DNA of 64,000 nucleotides from an uncultured Gemmatimonadales bacterium. GTDB taxonomy: Bacteria; Gemmatimonadota; Gemmatimonadetes; Longimicrobiales; RSA9. Shown here piece after piece: positions 29,808-39,307 of the stretch. A model generated the notes under the pieces. The model worked only from the letters and a program-made list of their open reading frames with translations, had not been told where the DNA came from and searched no databases. The translations under genes and the position numbers were made by a program. The DNA lies in the NCBI GenBank assembly GCA_963798085.1, contig CAWCRS010000001.1:192001-256000 (forward strand). Reading direction: 5' to 3'. Within the stretch, counting starts at the first letter, position 1. Each line of letters begins with the position of its first letter.

Positions 29808-29886
29808 GTACGGTTGCCGTCGTGGATCTGACATTCTGTTAGTAGTGGTTGCGGAAGACACATCTCACACGAAGAGGACGGGACGA

Positions 29887-31365
29887 ATGGAAAGTGCTGT
29901 GGTGACGCGAGGCCGTAACGGCGTGACGGCGGAACGGCTGCCCTTCAAGGTGGCCGACCTGGATCTGGCCGAGTGGGGGCGCAAGGAGATCCGGCTGGCG
30001 GAGCAGGAGATGCCGGGGCTCATGGCGGTGCGTGCCGAGTTCGCGGGTGCGCAGCCGCTGGCCGGCGTGCGCGTGATGGGCTCGCTGCACATGACCGTGC
30101 AGACGGCCGTGCTGATCGAGACGCTGCAGGCGCTGGGCGCGGATGTGCGCTGGGTCTCCTGCAACATCTTCTCGACGCAGGATCACGCGGCGGCCGCGGT
30201 CGTGGTGGGCAACGGCACACCCGCCAACCCGACCGGCGTTCCTGTCTTTGCGTGGAAGGGCGAATCGCTCGACGAGTACTGGTGGTGCACCGAGCAGGCG
30301 CTGCGCTGGCCTGATGGCGGCGGCCCCAATCTCATCGTGGATGACGGCGGCGATGCCACACTGCTCGTGCACAAGGGCGTCGAGTACGAGGCGGCGGGCG
30401 CCATTCCCGCGTTCGATGAGGCGAACGATCCCGAGGAGTGGGGCGTGATCCTCGAATTGCTGCGCAAGGTCGCGCGCGAGGATGCCGGCCGCTGGACGCG
30501 CATTGCGAAGGAGCTGCGCGGCGTGTCCGAGGAAACCACGACGGGTGTGCACCGCCTCTACGACATGGAGCGCCGGGGCACGCTGCTCTTCCCCGCCATC
30601 AACGTGAACGACTCCGTGACCAAGTCGAAGTTCGACAACATCTACGGCTGCCGTCACTCCGTGATCGACGGTCTCAACCGCGCCACCGACGTGATGCTCG
30701 CGGGCAAGGTCGCTGTAGTCTTCGGTTACGGCGAGGTCGGCAAGGGCTGCGCGCAGGCACTGCGCGGCCAGGGCGCGCGCGTGATCGTCACCGAGATCGA
30801 TCCCATCTGTGCGCTGCAGGCGGCCATGGAGGGCTTCGAGGTCAAGACCATCGACGACGTGATCGACTACGCCGACGTATTCGTCACCGCGACCGGCAAC
30901 CGCAATGTCATCACGTTCGATCACATGGCGAGGATGAAGGACAAGGCGATCGTCGGCAACATTGGCCATTTCGACAACGAGATCGACATGGCCGGCCTGA
31001 AGCGTCGCGGCGTCCAGCGCATCAACATCAAGCCGCAGTACGACGAGTTCCGCTTCCCCGACGGCCACAGCGTACTGATCCTGGCGGAGGGCCGCCTGCT
31101 CAATCTGGGCTGCGCTACGGGACATCCCAGCTTCGTAATGTCCGCCAGCTTCACGAACCAGGTGCTGGCGCAGCTCGAGCTGCACCAGAATGCCGGCCAG
31201 TACGAGAGGCGGGTGTACACACTGCCCAAGCGTCTGGACGAGAAGGTCGCCCGCCTGCATCTCGACAAGCTGGGCGTGAAGCTGACGAAGATGTCGAAGG
31301 AACAGGCTGACTATATCGGCGTCCCGGTGGAGGGTCCGTACAAACCCGATCACTACCGTTATTGA
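29887..31365 (+). CDS. ahcY: Adenosylhomocysteinase
   Basis: Motifs [53 protein letters not shown] and [10 protein letters not shown]. Confidence 0.99.
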   Translation: MESAVVTRGRNGVTAERLPFKVADLDLAEWGRKEIRLAEQEMPGLMAVRAEFAGAQPLAGVRVMGSLHMTVQTAVLIETLQALGADVRWVSCNIFSTQDHAAAAVVVGNGTPANPTGVPVFAWKGESLDEYWWCTEQALRWPDGGGPNLIVDDGGDATLLVHKGVEYEAAGAIPAFDEANDPEEWGVILELLRKVAREDAGRWTRIAKELRGVSEETTTGVHRLYDMERRGTLLFPAINVNDSVTKSKFDNIYGCRHSVIDGLNRATDVMLAGKVAVVFGYGEVGKGCAQALRGQGARVIVTEIDPICALQAAMEGFEVKTIDDVIDYADVFVTATGNRNVITFDHMARMKDKAIVGNIGHFDNEIDMAGLKRRGVQRINIKPQYDEFRFPDGHSVLILAEGRLLNLGCATGHPSFVMSASFTNQVLAQLELHQNAGQYERRVYTLPKRLDEKVARLHLDKLGVKLTKMSKEQADYIGVPVEGPYKPDHYRY

Positions 31366-31435
31366 TGGTTGGGCTGACGGGTGGAGGGGTTCGAGGAACG
31401 GATCGAGAACTGACTTAACAGATCAATATCACGCG

Positions 31436-31482
31436 GAGGCGCGGAGCCGCGGAGGTGCGCACCCTCCGCGGCTCCGCGCCTC
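31436..31482. repeat. Perfect 20-bp inverted repeat (REP/terminator-like hairpin)
   Basis: GAGGCGCGGAGCCGCGGAGG, 7-nt loop, CCTCCGCGGCTCCGCGCCTC, downstream of ahcY. Confidence 0.8.
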
Positions 31483-31792
31483 TGTATGATGATGATGAAC
31501 CGCTCGTTGGCTGGCCCGCGATTCGGCGCGGCACCGTCCCTGATACGGGTCCGGAGCGAGTCCCGAAGGACAACGGGCATGTTGCAATGCGAGCCGGCAG
31601 AACGCGACGGTTCTCGCTCCATGGTTGCGTGTGGGATCGCGTTTCCCTGCAGCGTCCCAGCCAAGGATCGGTACCGGCAGAGAAATTGCTCCAGCGGGAC
31701 AGCACGCGAAAATGGGTATACCGGCAGAGTCGCCGCGACCGCAATCACGCTTCCGTGATCGCGACTGTCATCCGTGTGCGCAGAGGTGGTGG

Positions 31793-32476
31793 ATGAGACG
31801 CGAGGCAATACGGATCCTGATCCTGCCGCTCGTCCTGGCGGTGGTCGCGAGCGCGTCATGCGACAGCGGTCGCAGCGTGACATTGCCGCTCGAGCCCGGA
31901 ACCAGCATCGCCTTCAGCCGCTCGCCCGTCGGCTGGTCCGGCATGACCAAAGCCGACCTCAAGGCGCTGGAAAAGAGCGAGAAGGAGCGGGTCAAGGCTG
32001 AGAAGGAACGGCGCCACGCAGAGACCAAGGCGCTGCACCAGCAATGGGAGGACTTCAAGCACCTCGGCTATTCCAAGGACCGTGGGGACTCGCCCCTGCT
32101 GGTCTGCGAGCCGCACGACTACGACGCCGCTGTTGCCATCATCGGTCCTGAGGGTGGCGAGCTGACGCTGGGCGGGCAGAAGCTCATCGTCCCGGCGGGC
32201 GCCCTCTCCGCGTACACGGTCATCACCATGGAGATGCCGGCCTCGCTGCATCTCGAGGTGGAGTTCTCGCCCCACGGCACATTCTTCGACAAGAGCCTGC
32301 AGCTACAGCTTGACTACAAGAACTGCTTCGTGCCGAAAGGCGAACGGCCCGCCATTGTCTACGTCGATGACAACGACAACATCCTCGAGTGGCCATTGTC
32401 GATCGACCTCAAGCATCTGGGCATCGTCTTCGGCTGGATCGACCACTTCTCGAAGTACGCCATGGCATCGAACTGA
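31793..32476 (+). CDS. Putative lipoprotein with coiled coil and ZU5-like domain
   Basis: Lipobox-like ASASC; IGPEGGEL..LIVPAGAL..VEFSPHG..IDHFSKYA. Confidence 0.75.
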   Translation: MRREAIRILILPLVLAVVASASCDSGRSVTLPLEPGTSIAFSRSPVGWSGMTKADLKALEKSEKERVKAEKERRHAETKALHQQWEDFKHLGYSKDRGDSPLLVCEPHDYDAAVAIIGPEGGELTLGGQKLIVPAGALSAYTVITMEMPASLHLEVEFSPHGTFFDKSLQLQLDYKNCFVPKGERPAIVYVDDNDNILEWPLSIDLKHLGIVFGWIDHFSKYAMASN

Positions 32477-32759
32477 GCAGCCGGGCACGGCGCCGCCCGG
32501 CAGGCGGAGAGCCAAACGGCCAAAGACGGTACCACCAACGGGCCCTGTGCCGGCGACGACGCAGGGCCTGATCGCATGATGGGCCGCCGCGTGGCACTGC
32601 TCCGAATCCAGGTCGTCCTGCGCCCGGGCAGGCCGGTCCGTCGAACCAGCCTTGTTTCTTTCCGCCACCCGGCCCGAGCGCCCACCGGGCGCACGGTAAG
32701 CAACCGTCAGCCATTCCCGGCGAGCCCTCGTCACCCCCCGCAACGCTTCTCAGGACAAC

Positions 32760-34577
32760 CTAGATCCCAGCCCGCTCCCTCGCCTTGACGATCACGGCCG
32801 CCATCACGTCCTGATGCGACCCGAACGTGTCGTCCACGATGTTCAGCGTCGGGATCTGCACGTCGGTCAGCGAGAGCGTGTCGTTGCGGAACGTGCTGAA
32901 GCCGGACTCGTGCACGCCCGAACTGCCGCGTCCGGGCGCGGGATGGCTCAGGTGCTGGAAGAAGCGTGCGTACTGCAGGATCACGGGCGCGGAGAGGCCG
33001 CCGCCGAAGGAGTGGTACATTGGGATGAAGGAGAGCATCGCGTCGTAGTGCATCTCACCTACCGCGACCACGTGCGGGTAGCGCGCGCGCAGGTCTGCGA
33101 CGAGCCGGCGCGTGCCCTCGTGCATGTCGGCCTGCGGGTTGTTCACGAAGCCACCCACGATGTCGAGGAAATACGCGTCCGGCCCATAGTGCTCGATGAT
33201 GTCGGCAATGCGGCTGCTCAGGTGGTTGCGCCAGGAATCGACGCCCAGGTTCATGTACGACAGGAAGCCTTCCTGATGGCGATCGTTGTCCCAGTCCACC
33301 CAGTTCAGGTCGAAGCGATCGCCATCGACTTTCTCGGTGAACGCGTCCGCCATGCGCGCAAACTCGGGCTGCTTGCGGTTGGCCGCATTGGCGCCGAACA
33401 TGGGCATCATGTGGAAGCCGAGTCGTCGCCCTTCCTGCACCAGCGTGCGGAAGCCCGCGGCGCCGCCCATGCGCGGTGAGGGCTGGTACAGCGGATAGTC
33501 CCAGTAGTAGCGCCCGTCCCACGCGGCGAGGAACGCCAGCACGCGGCCCGCGGGAATCCGTGTGGCGATCCAGCGCAGAATCTCGAGCTGGCGCGCATAA
33601 TCGTTGAAGATGAAACCCGTGTAGTGCTGGCCGTGCAGGGTGACGGCCAGGGCAATGCCGCGCATCCAGTCGGGCACATCGGCGCGCGTCTCCCAGCGCG
33701 GAATATTGAACGCGTGCTCGACGCGGTCGTAATGCGCACGGATCACGGCTTCAGGCGACGACCCTCTTCCCACTCTCCACGTCGGAACCGTCACGCTCGT
33801 CTGCCGCATCCAGCCTTCCGTCTCGAACATGGCCTCGACGCGGTAGGCCTGCTCGCCCGGCTGCAGGAAGAAGCGTTTCGTGCGCACGCGGTCATCGAGC
33901 GAGGACACGTAGAACAGCCTGTTATCGGCAGGCAGGATCATGAGCAGCGGCGTGTTCATGCCGCGCGATTCTCCCGGCCCGAACAGGTCGCCACCCGAGA
34001 ACGGGTAGCCGTACAGCAGCTCGTCCTCACGCGTGTCGGCGAAGCCGCCGCCCGTCGAGATGCGGCCGCGTGGGACGTTGCGGATCACGGTGGTGACCGC
34101 CTTGATGGGCCGGTCCATCGTGACCGTGGCACTGGAGTCAATGAAATCGCCGTTGCGCCGGAGTGTCGCGTGCACGCGGCCGGCTGTCTTTTCCTGCCCG
34201 CCGGCCCAGACCAGTCCCGTGCAGTCGATGTCCACGCCGTCCGGCGTCACCTTCGCGCTCAGCTTCTCGCGGTCCAGTGCGTACGCGTTCTCGTGGGTGA
34301 ACACGAGGAACCCGAAGGCCAGGTCCTGGCAGGTCACGCACGGCTCGGGGAAATCGAAGCTGAACTTGTCGAACGAGCGGCCGCGCGGCGGCACCCACAC
34401 CTCGCTCGTCGAGCTGAGCGGCAGGATTTCGCCATCCGCGACCACCGGCGTCCGCGGTGGCGGCGCGTCGGGCGGGAGCGGCGTGGGTTTCTCCGCGAAC
34501 AGCCCCATTTCGGGGGCCGCGAGTGAGGCGCCGGCGACGGCGCCCATGGACTGCAGCCAGTTTCGACGGGAGATCAT
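32760..34577 (-). CDS. Tat-exported putative glycoside hydrolase-like TIM-barrel protein
   Basis: Tat motif SRRNWL; WDGRYYWDYP, MGGAAGFRTLV and YGPDAYFLD. Confidence 0.65.
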   Translation of the reverse strand: MISRRNWLQSMGAVAGASLAAPEMGLFAEKPTPLPPDAPPPRTPVVADGEILPLSSTSEVWVPPRGRSFDKFSFDFPEPCVTCQDLAFGFLVFTHENAYALDREKLSAKVTPDGVDIDCTGLVWAGGQEKTAGRVHATLRRNGDFIDSSATVTMDRPIKAVTTVIRNVPRGRISTGGGFADTREDELLYGYPFSGGDLFGPGESRGMNTPLLMILPADNRLFYVSSLDDRVRTKRFFLQPGEQAYRVEAMFETEGWMRQTSVTVPTWRVGRGSSPEAVIRAHYDRVEHAFNIPRWETRADVPDWMRGIALAVTLHGQHYTGFIFNDYARQLEILRWIATRIPAGRVLAFLAAWDGRYYWDYPLYQPSPRMGGAAGFRTLVQEGRRLGFHMMPMFGANAANRKQPEFARMADAFTEKVDGDRFDLNWVDWDNDRHQEGFLSYMNLGVDSWRNHLSSRIADIIEHYGPDAYFLDIVGGFVNNPQADMHEGTRRLVADLRARYPHVVAVGEMHYDAMLSFIPMYHSFGGGLSAPVILQYARFFQHLSHPAPGRGSSGVHESGFSTFRNDTLSLTDVQIPTLNIVDDTFGSHQDVMAAVIVKARERAGI

Positions 34578-34810
34578 GTGCGAGCCTTCGTTGCGGTGCC
34601 GCAGGCTAGGTCGGGCCTGATGGCAGTGTCAAGGTGGGACGGCTTTGGGGCTGGTTGCTCGAGCTGGTTGCTGGGGAACACATGAACGAACTGCCATTCG
34701 GATCGACCAGCGTTGATGACACCGCGGGCCGGGAGGCGTCGAGGCTTCCCGGCCCGCTGCTGTTCTCGCCTTGCGTTGCGCGTCGCCAGTCGTGTGCGGC
34801 GGGCCGCTGC

Positions 34811-36304
34811 CTACTGGCGGTTCAGTGTGGTGCGGCCACTGGCTTCGCTGCCATCCAGGAAGTAGACGGTGAAGTCGAGGATCACCTGTGTCTGCGTGAT
34901 CGTGCCTTCCGCTTCCCAGCACTCGATGCCGTTGCCGATGTTCTTGCCCGACATCGAGATCTTGCCGTCGCCATCGATCGCGAAGGTCACGTCACCGTAC
35001 ACCTGCACGGAGGCAGTCGCCTGGATGCCGGTATCATCGTACGTGGTCAGCTTCGACTGCTGCGGCGCACCGCCCGGGTGGCCCAATGCGTTGCCCGTCG
35101 ACGAGAATGTCAGCGTCACGGTCTTCGCGACACTGTCGACCGCAATGGTGAGCGCGCTGGTGCCCGTCGATCCGAACGTGCTGTTGACCCATGAGCCGTT
35201 CCACTGGCCCACCCATTTGGTCGCATTGAAGAGCGCGGCGGCATTGGCCGTGAACACGACCGGGTTGCCGGTGATGCCGTTGCCGGTCCCCGTCGCCGCC
35301 AGCTGATTGACGCCCGTGCTGCCCAGCGTCCAGCCGCCCACTGCGGCGGTGCCATCGGCCGCCGTCGATTGCGAGCCGCCTGTGACACTGCCACCGCCGG
35401 CGGTAACAGCGAATTGCACGGGCACACTGGCAGTCGCGTTGCCATACTGGTCCTTCAGCTGAACCTTCGGTTTCACGGTCACGGCGCGGCCGGCAATGCC
35501 GTTCTGGTTGTTGCCTTCGACGGCCGCAATGTTCGTGGGCGGCCCCGCGTTCGCCGTCGCCGTGAACGTGGCCGGATTGCCTGTGATACCGCTGCCACCC
35601 ACACTGGCTTGCAGGCTGTTAGGACCGGCCGCCTGGCCCAGGATCCAGGCCGCCACAGCGGCCAGCCCATCGGAGTTGCTGACCGGCGCTGCCGTGGTGA
35701 TGGTGCCGCCGCCACTGGCAATCGAGAAGGTGACGGTCACACCCGCGACGCCGTTGCCGAAGGCGTCCGTGGCCTTCACGCGCGGCGGCGTAGCGACGGC
35801 CATGCCCACGGTGCCGGTCTGCGCATCGCCGGCATTCTTCGCGAGCGCGGCCACGGGACCCGCACCCGCGCTCGCGGTGAACGTGACGGTGCTGCCGGTA
35901 CCCGTCTGGCCTTGCAGTGTAACCTTGAGTTCCTGACTGGCGCCCGCCTGCTGGCCGAGTGTCCATGTCGCGGCGGCAAAGCCGTTGTCATTGGTCGTGG
36001 CACTGGCGGGTGTGACGCTGCCGCCGCCTGACGTCACCTCGAAGGTCACGGTGGCACCGGTGATCGCCTTGCCGCCATCGCCTGTGACCTTGACCCGCGG
36101 CTGGACCTGCAGCACCTGGCCCACAGTGCCGCTCTGGTTATCGCCGCTGTCCTTGGTGAGCGTGCGCACTTCCGGAGCGCTCTCGCTCTTGCAGCCGGCA
36201 AGTCCCGCCAGCAGGACGGCGGCCGCGGCGGCGACCCGCAACCCGCCAGTACGATTCGCCCTGCGCGCAACAATGATTTCGCGACTGCGCACCCCGTGCA
36301 TCAT
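34811..36304 (-). CDS. Ig-like (Big_1/invasin-type) repeat lipoprotein
   Basis: Lipobox LAGC. Three GDNQ(S/T)G..VKV.D..GN.V.GV.VTF..GGG..WTLG repeats. Confidence 0.85.
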   Translation of the reverse strand: MMHGVRSREIIVARRANRTGGLRVAAAAAVLLAGLAGCKSESAPEVRTLTKDSGDNQSGTVGQVLQVQPRVKVTGDGGKAITGATVTFEVTSGGGSVTPASATTNDNGFAAATWTLGQQAGASQELKVTLQGQTGTGSTVTFTASAGAGPVAALAKNAGDAQTGTVGMAVATPPRVKATDAFGNGVAGVTVTFSIASGGGTITTAAPVSNSDGLAAVAAWILGQAAGPNSLQASVGGSGITGNPATFTATANAGPPTNIAAVEGNNQNGIAGRAVTVKPKVQLKDQYGNATASVPVQFAVTAGGGSVTGGSQSTAADGTAAVGGWTLGSTGVNQLAATGTGNGITGNPVVFTANAAALFNATKWVGQWNGSWVNSTFGSTGTSALTIAVDSVAKTVTLTFSSTGNALGHPGGAPQQSKLTTYDDTGIQATASVQVYGDVTFAIDGDGKISMSGKNIGNGIECWEAEGTITQTQVILDFTVYFLDGSEASGRTTLNRQ

Positions 36305-36308
36305 GCCA

Positions 36309-38537
36309 TCATCCCTGCGGGCCCTGCCTGCCGCCCGCTGCAGAATTCGTGCGTTTCGGCACCGGCTCGCCGGGCCACCAGTTCCAGCGCCACGCAAGGC
36401 GCAGCAGCGCAGGCGCGACCAGTAGTCGCACCAGCGTCGCATCCAGCGCAATGGCCGCTGCCAGCGCAAAGCCGACCAGCTTCACGGAAACGAAGCCGCT
36501 GGCAACAAAGGCCAGGAACACGCCGGTCATGATGGCTGCGGCTCGGGTGATGACGGCCGCGCTGCGCGCCAGCCCATCGACGATCGCGTCCGCACCCGTC
36601 TCGCCACACCGTCTCGCCTCCGCGACGCGCGCCAGCAGGAACACCTCGTAGTCCATACCTACGCCGAAAATCGCGCAGAAAGCGATCATCGGCACGCTCG
36701 GCAGAATGCCCGCGAGAGGCGCAGCAAGACCCAGCCACTGTATACCGACGCCATGCTGGAACACCAGTGTTGTGAGGCCCAGCGCGGCCCCGACGGACAG
36801 CAGATTCAGCAGCACGGCCTTGAGCGCGAGCAGCAGCGAACGCAGTGTGAGGAAGAGTACTGCGAAGGTCAGGCACAGGGCGAGCGTGACCACGCCGGCG
36901 GCGTGCGTCTTCAGCGCATCGGCATAATCGACGCTGTACGCGGCGGCGCCGCCTGCCAGCACGTGTGCGCCGGGCACGCCCGCAGTGGATGCCGCGTCGC
37001 GTCGCAGCGCGTGCACGAGTGCGGCCAGTTGTGCCGCGGACTGTCCGGCGGCGGGCGCCACTTCCAGCAGTGCTGCATGGCCATCGCGACTCACCAGGCT
37101 GCGCAGCACGGGCTCGGGAAAGACGCGGCGCACCGCATCGGGACCCACACCGCCTGCGGCCGTGTGCACACTGCGCACGGCACCGATGCGCGCATCCGCG
37201 AGCAATGCCTGCTCCACGTGAGCCAGCGCGGCAAACCCTTCCGGCGTGAGAACGCTGGCGTTGTCAGGCAGCTCCAGCACGAGGCGCAGGCCCAGCGCCG
37301 CCTCCAGCCGACCCATGCTGCACAATTCTCGCAGCGCCTGTACCGACTCCATCGATGGTGGCAGCGTTTCCGGTCCTTCCACGCTCGCGCGCATGCGCAG
37401 CGCGGATGCGGCCAGCAGCAGCATGGGCAGTCCGCCTGCCAGCAGCGCCCTGACAGGGTGTTCGACAACGCCCCGGCCCCAGGCTCGCCAGCCTGCTCCA
37501 GCCGCTGGCGCAGCAGCGCGGCGCGCGGCGAAGCGGGCCAGGACCGGACCGAGCGTCGTCGCCACGACCACAGCGGCAAGCACCGCGCACACACCGGCCA
37601 GTCCTGCGGAGCGCAGCTCGGACACGGGCGCCAGTGCCAGCGGCGCAATGCCGGCTGCCGCAGCGGCGCCGGCCGTCAGGACGGTGCGCGTGGCTGCGCG
37701 CATTGCCATCGTCTGTGGTAACGGATGGAAGGCGACGCTGCCCTTGGCGTCCGCGGCAGGAGTGGAAACGCCTCTGCCGTCTGCCTGCGTTTCGCGTGCG
37801 CGGCGCAGGATCAGCAGCGCGTAGTCGATGCCCAGCGCCAGTCCCAGCAGTGACACGACACTGGGCGCGAGCACGGTGAGTGGTGTGAAGTGGGCGACGA
37901 GCGCAGCGCCGCCCAGTGCCAGCAGCACCGTGAGCGCACCAGCAGCCACGCCCGCGAGCGCGCCGGCAATGCCGCCGAACGCCCAGACGGCGAGCACGAG
38001 CGAGACCGGCAGTGCGCGCAGCTCGCTCCTGTGCGCTTCCGACGCACCCGCCGAACGCAGATCCACCTCGAGTGCAGCCATGCCGGTCCACTGCAACGCG
38101 CGCACACCCGGTGGCTGCATTGCGGCCGTCAGCGAACGCAGCCTGGCAACGGTGGCGGCCGCAGGCGAGTCCGCGTCAATGCCGACAACGGCGATCGCGC
38201 CGCGGCCACCACGGCCGATCAACAGCGTGTCCAGCGCATTGGCGGGAGACAGGATGCGTGTGACGAAGGACAGCGCCGCAACGCGCGTGGTGATGGCGCG
38301 TACAATGGCGCGGCCGCTGTCGCTGTCCGCGTCCTCGAGTCCTTCCATGACGAGCACGGCATTGTGCGCGAAAGGCGAAGCGAAGCGCTCGACCAGCATG
38401 CGATCCACGCGCACCGATTCCGCGGCATCCAGCCGGCTCGTGGTCTCCAAATGCCGGCCGAGTCGCGCGGCTGGCAGCACGGACAGCGCGGCCAGGCTCA
38501 GCACCAGTGACACGCCGAGCACCCGCCCGCGCGTCAT
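36309..38537 (-). CDS. MMPL/RND family transporter
   Basis: Motifs LGLALGIDYALLI, ALKAVLLNLLS, FGVGMDYEVFLL and DATLVR. Confidence 0.92.
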   Translation of the reverse strand: MTRGRVLGVSLVLSLAALSVLPAARLGRHLETTSRLDAAESVRVDRMLVERFASPFAHNAVLVMEGLEDADSDSGRAIVRAITTRVAALSFVTRILSPANALDTLLIGRGGRGAIAVVGIDADSPAAATVARLRSLTAAMQPPGVRALQWTGMAALEVDLRSAGASEAHRSELRALPVSLVLAVWAFGGIAGALAGVAAGALTVLLALGGAALVAHFTPLTVLAPSVVSLLGLALGIDYALLILRRARETQADGRGVSTPAADAKGSVAFHPLPQTMAMRAATRTVLTAGAAAAAGIAPLALAPVSELRSAGLAGVCAVLAAVVVATTLGPVLARFAARRAAAPAAGAGWRAWGRGVVEHPVRALLAGGLPMLLLAASALRMRASVEGPETLPPSMESVQALRELCSMGRLEAALGLRLVLELPDNASVLTPEGFAALAHVEQALLADARIGAVRSVHTAAGGVGPDAVRRVFPEPVLRSLVSRDGHAALLEVAPAAGQSAAQLAALVHALRRDAASTAGVPGAHVLAGGAAAYSVDYADALKTHAAGVVTLALCLTFAVLFLTLRSLLLALKAVLLNLLSVGAALGLTTLVFQHGVGIQWLGLAAPLAGILPSVPMIAFCAIFGVGMDYEVFLLARVAEARRCGETGADAIVDGLARSAAVITRAAAIMTGVFLAFVASGFVSVKLVGFALAAAIALDATLVRLLVAPALLRLAWRWNWWPGEPVPKRTNSAAGGRQGPQG

Positions 38538-39079
38538 TCCCTGATCTGACGCTGCTTCGCCCGCCGGCGCTGGCGCACCACCGTGATGGCCATGTCCTCA
38601 ATGTGCCGGGTATCGCCGCGCAGCGCCGGCCGCTGCGCGCGCTCATGCTCGATCACGAGAATGCGACTGAACGGCACTTCGATCCAGCGTGCCATGACGC
38701 GGTCCAGCTTGCGCGAGCCGTAGGGCGGATCCGCAAAGGCAATGTCGTACTGGCCTTCCGGCAGCCGCTCCACGAACGGGATCGCATCCTGCTTGAAGAT
38801 GCGGGACCGCGGCCGTGCGCCCAGCTTCGTCACGTTCGCTTTCAGCGAGTGCAGCGCGGACGGGTGATTCTCCACGAAATCGCAGGTTAGTGCGCCGCGT
38901 GACAGCGCCTCCAGACCCAGCGCCCCCGTGCCCGCGAACAGATCCAGAAGGCTGCTGCCCGCCAGTTCGTCATCCAGCATTTCCATGCACAGTGTGCGCA
39001 CTGCCTCGGCAGTCGGGCGGACTCGCCCGGCCGGCGAGACCAGCGACTGGCCGGCCCAGCTACCGGCTACGATGCGCAT
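38534..39079 (-). CDS. rsmD: 16S rRNA (guanine966-N2) methyltransferase RsmD family
   Basis: Motifs MRIVAG, RPT, LDLFAGTGALGLEALSRGA and DPPY. Confidence 0.9.
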   Translation of the reverse strand: MRIVAGSWAGQSLVSPAGRVRPTAEAVRTLCMEMLDDELAGSSLLDLFAGTGALGLEALSRGALTCDFVENHPSALHSLKANVTKLGARPRSRIFKQDAIPFVERLPEGQYDIAFADPPYGSRKLDRVMARWIEVPFSRILVIEHERAQRPALRGDTRHIEDMAITVVRQRRRAKQRQIRE

Positions 39080-39094
39080 GATCGGGGATACGGA

Positions 39095-39253
39095 ACGGGC
39101 TGGGGCTCGGGCGGGGGCTGGGGCTCGGGAACGGCGAGAACGGAGTGTGCTGCATTGCTCGGGCTCGTTGCTGGCGCCGTTGCCGGGGAACGGCGTGAAC
39201 GGAGTGTGCTGCGTTGCCCGGGCTCGTTGCTGGCGCTGGTTGCTGGGGAACGG
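39095..39253. repeat. Tandem ~59-60 bp direct repeats of a REP-like family
   Basis: GGGAACGGCG..AACGGAGTGTGCTGC.TTGC.CGGGCTCGTTGCTGGCGC units starting at 39127 and 39186, partial third at 39246. Confidence 0.75.
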
Positions 39254-39307
39254 AAGCAGACGGATCGCCAACGCCAGTGATTCTGTGGACGGGCGCGGTG
39301 GGCGTTG

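Noticed and set aside
29808..29886. SAH/SAM riboswitch before ahcY
   Set aside because: Short spacer with no recognisable consensus; regulation is better explained by SahR.
39095..39253. CRISPR array
   Set aside because: Whole units repeat with no unique spacers, and there are no cas genes.
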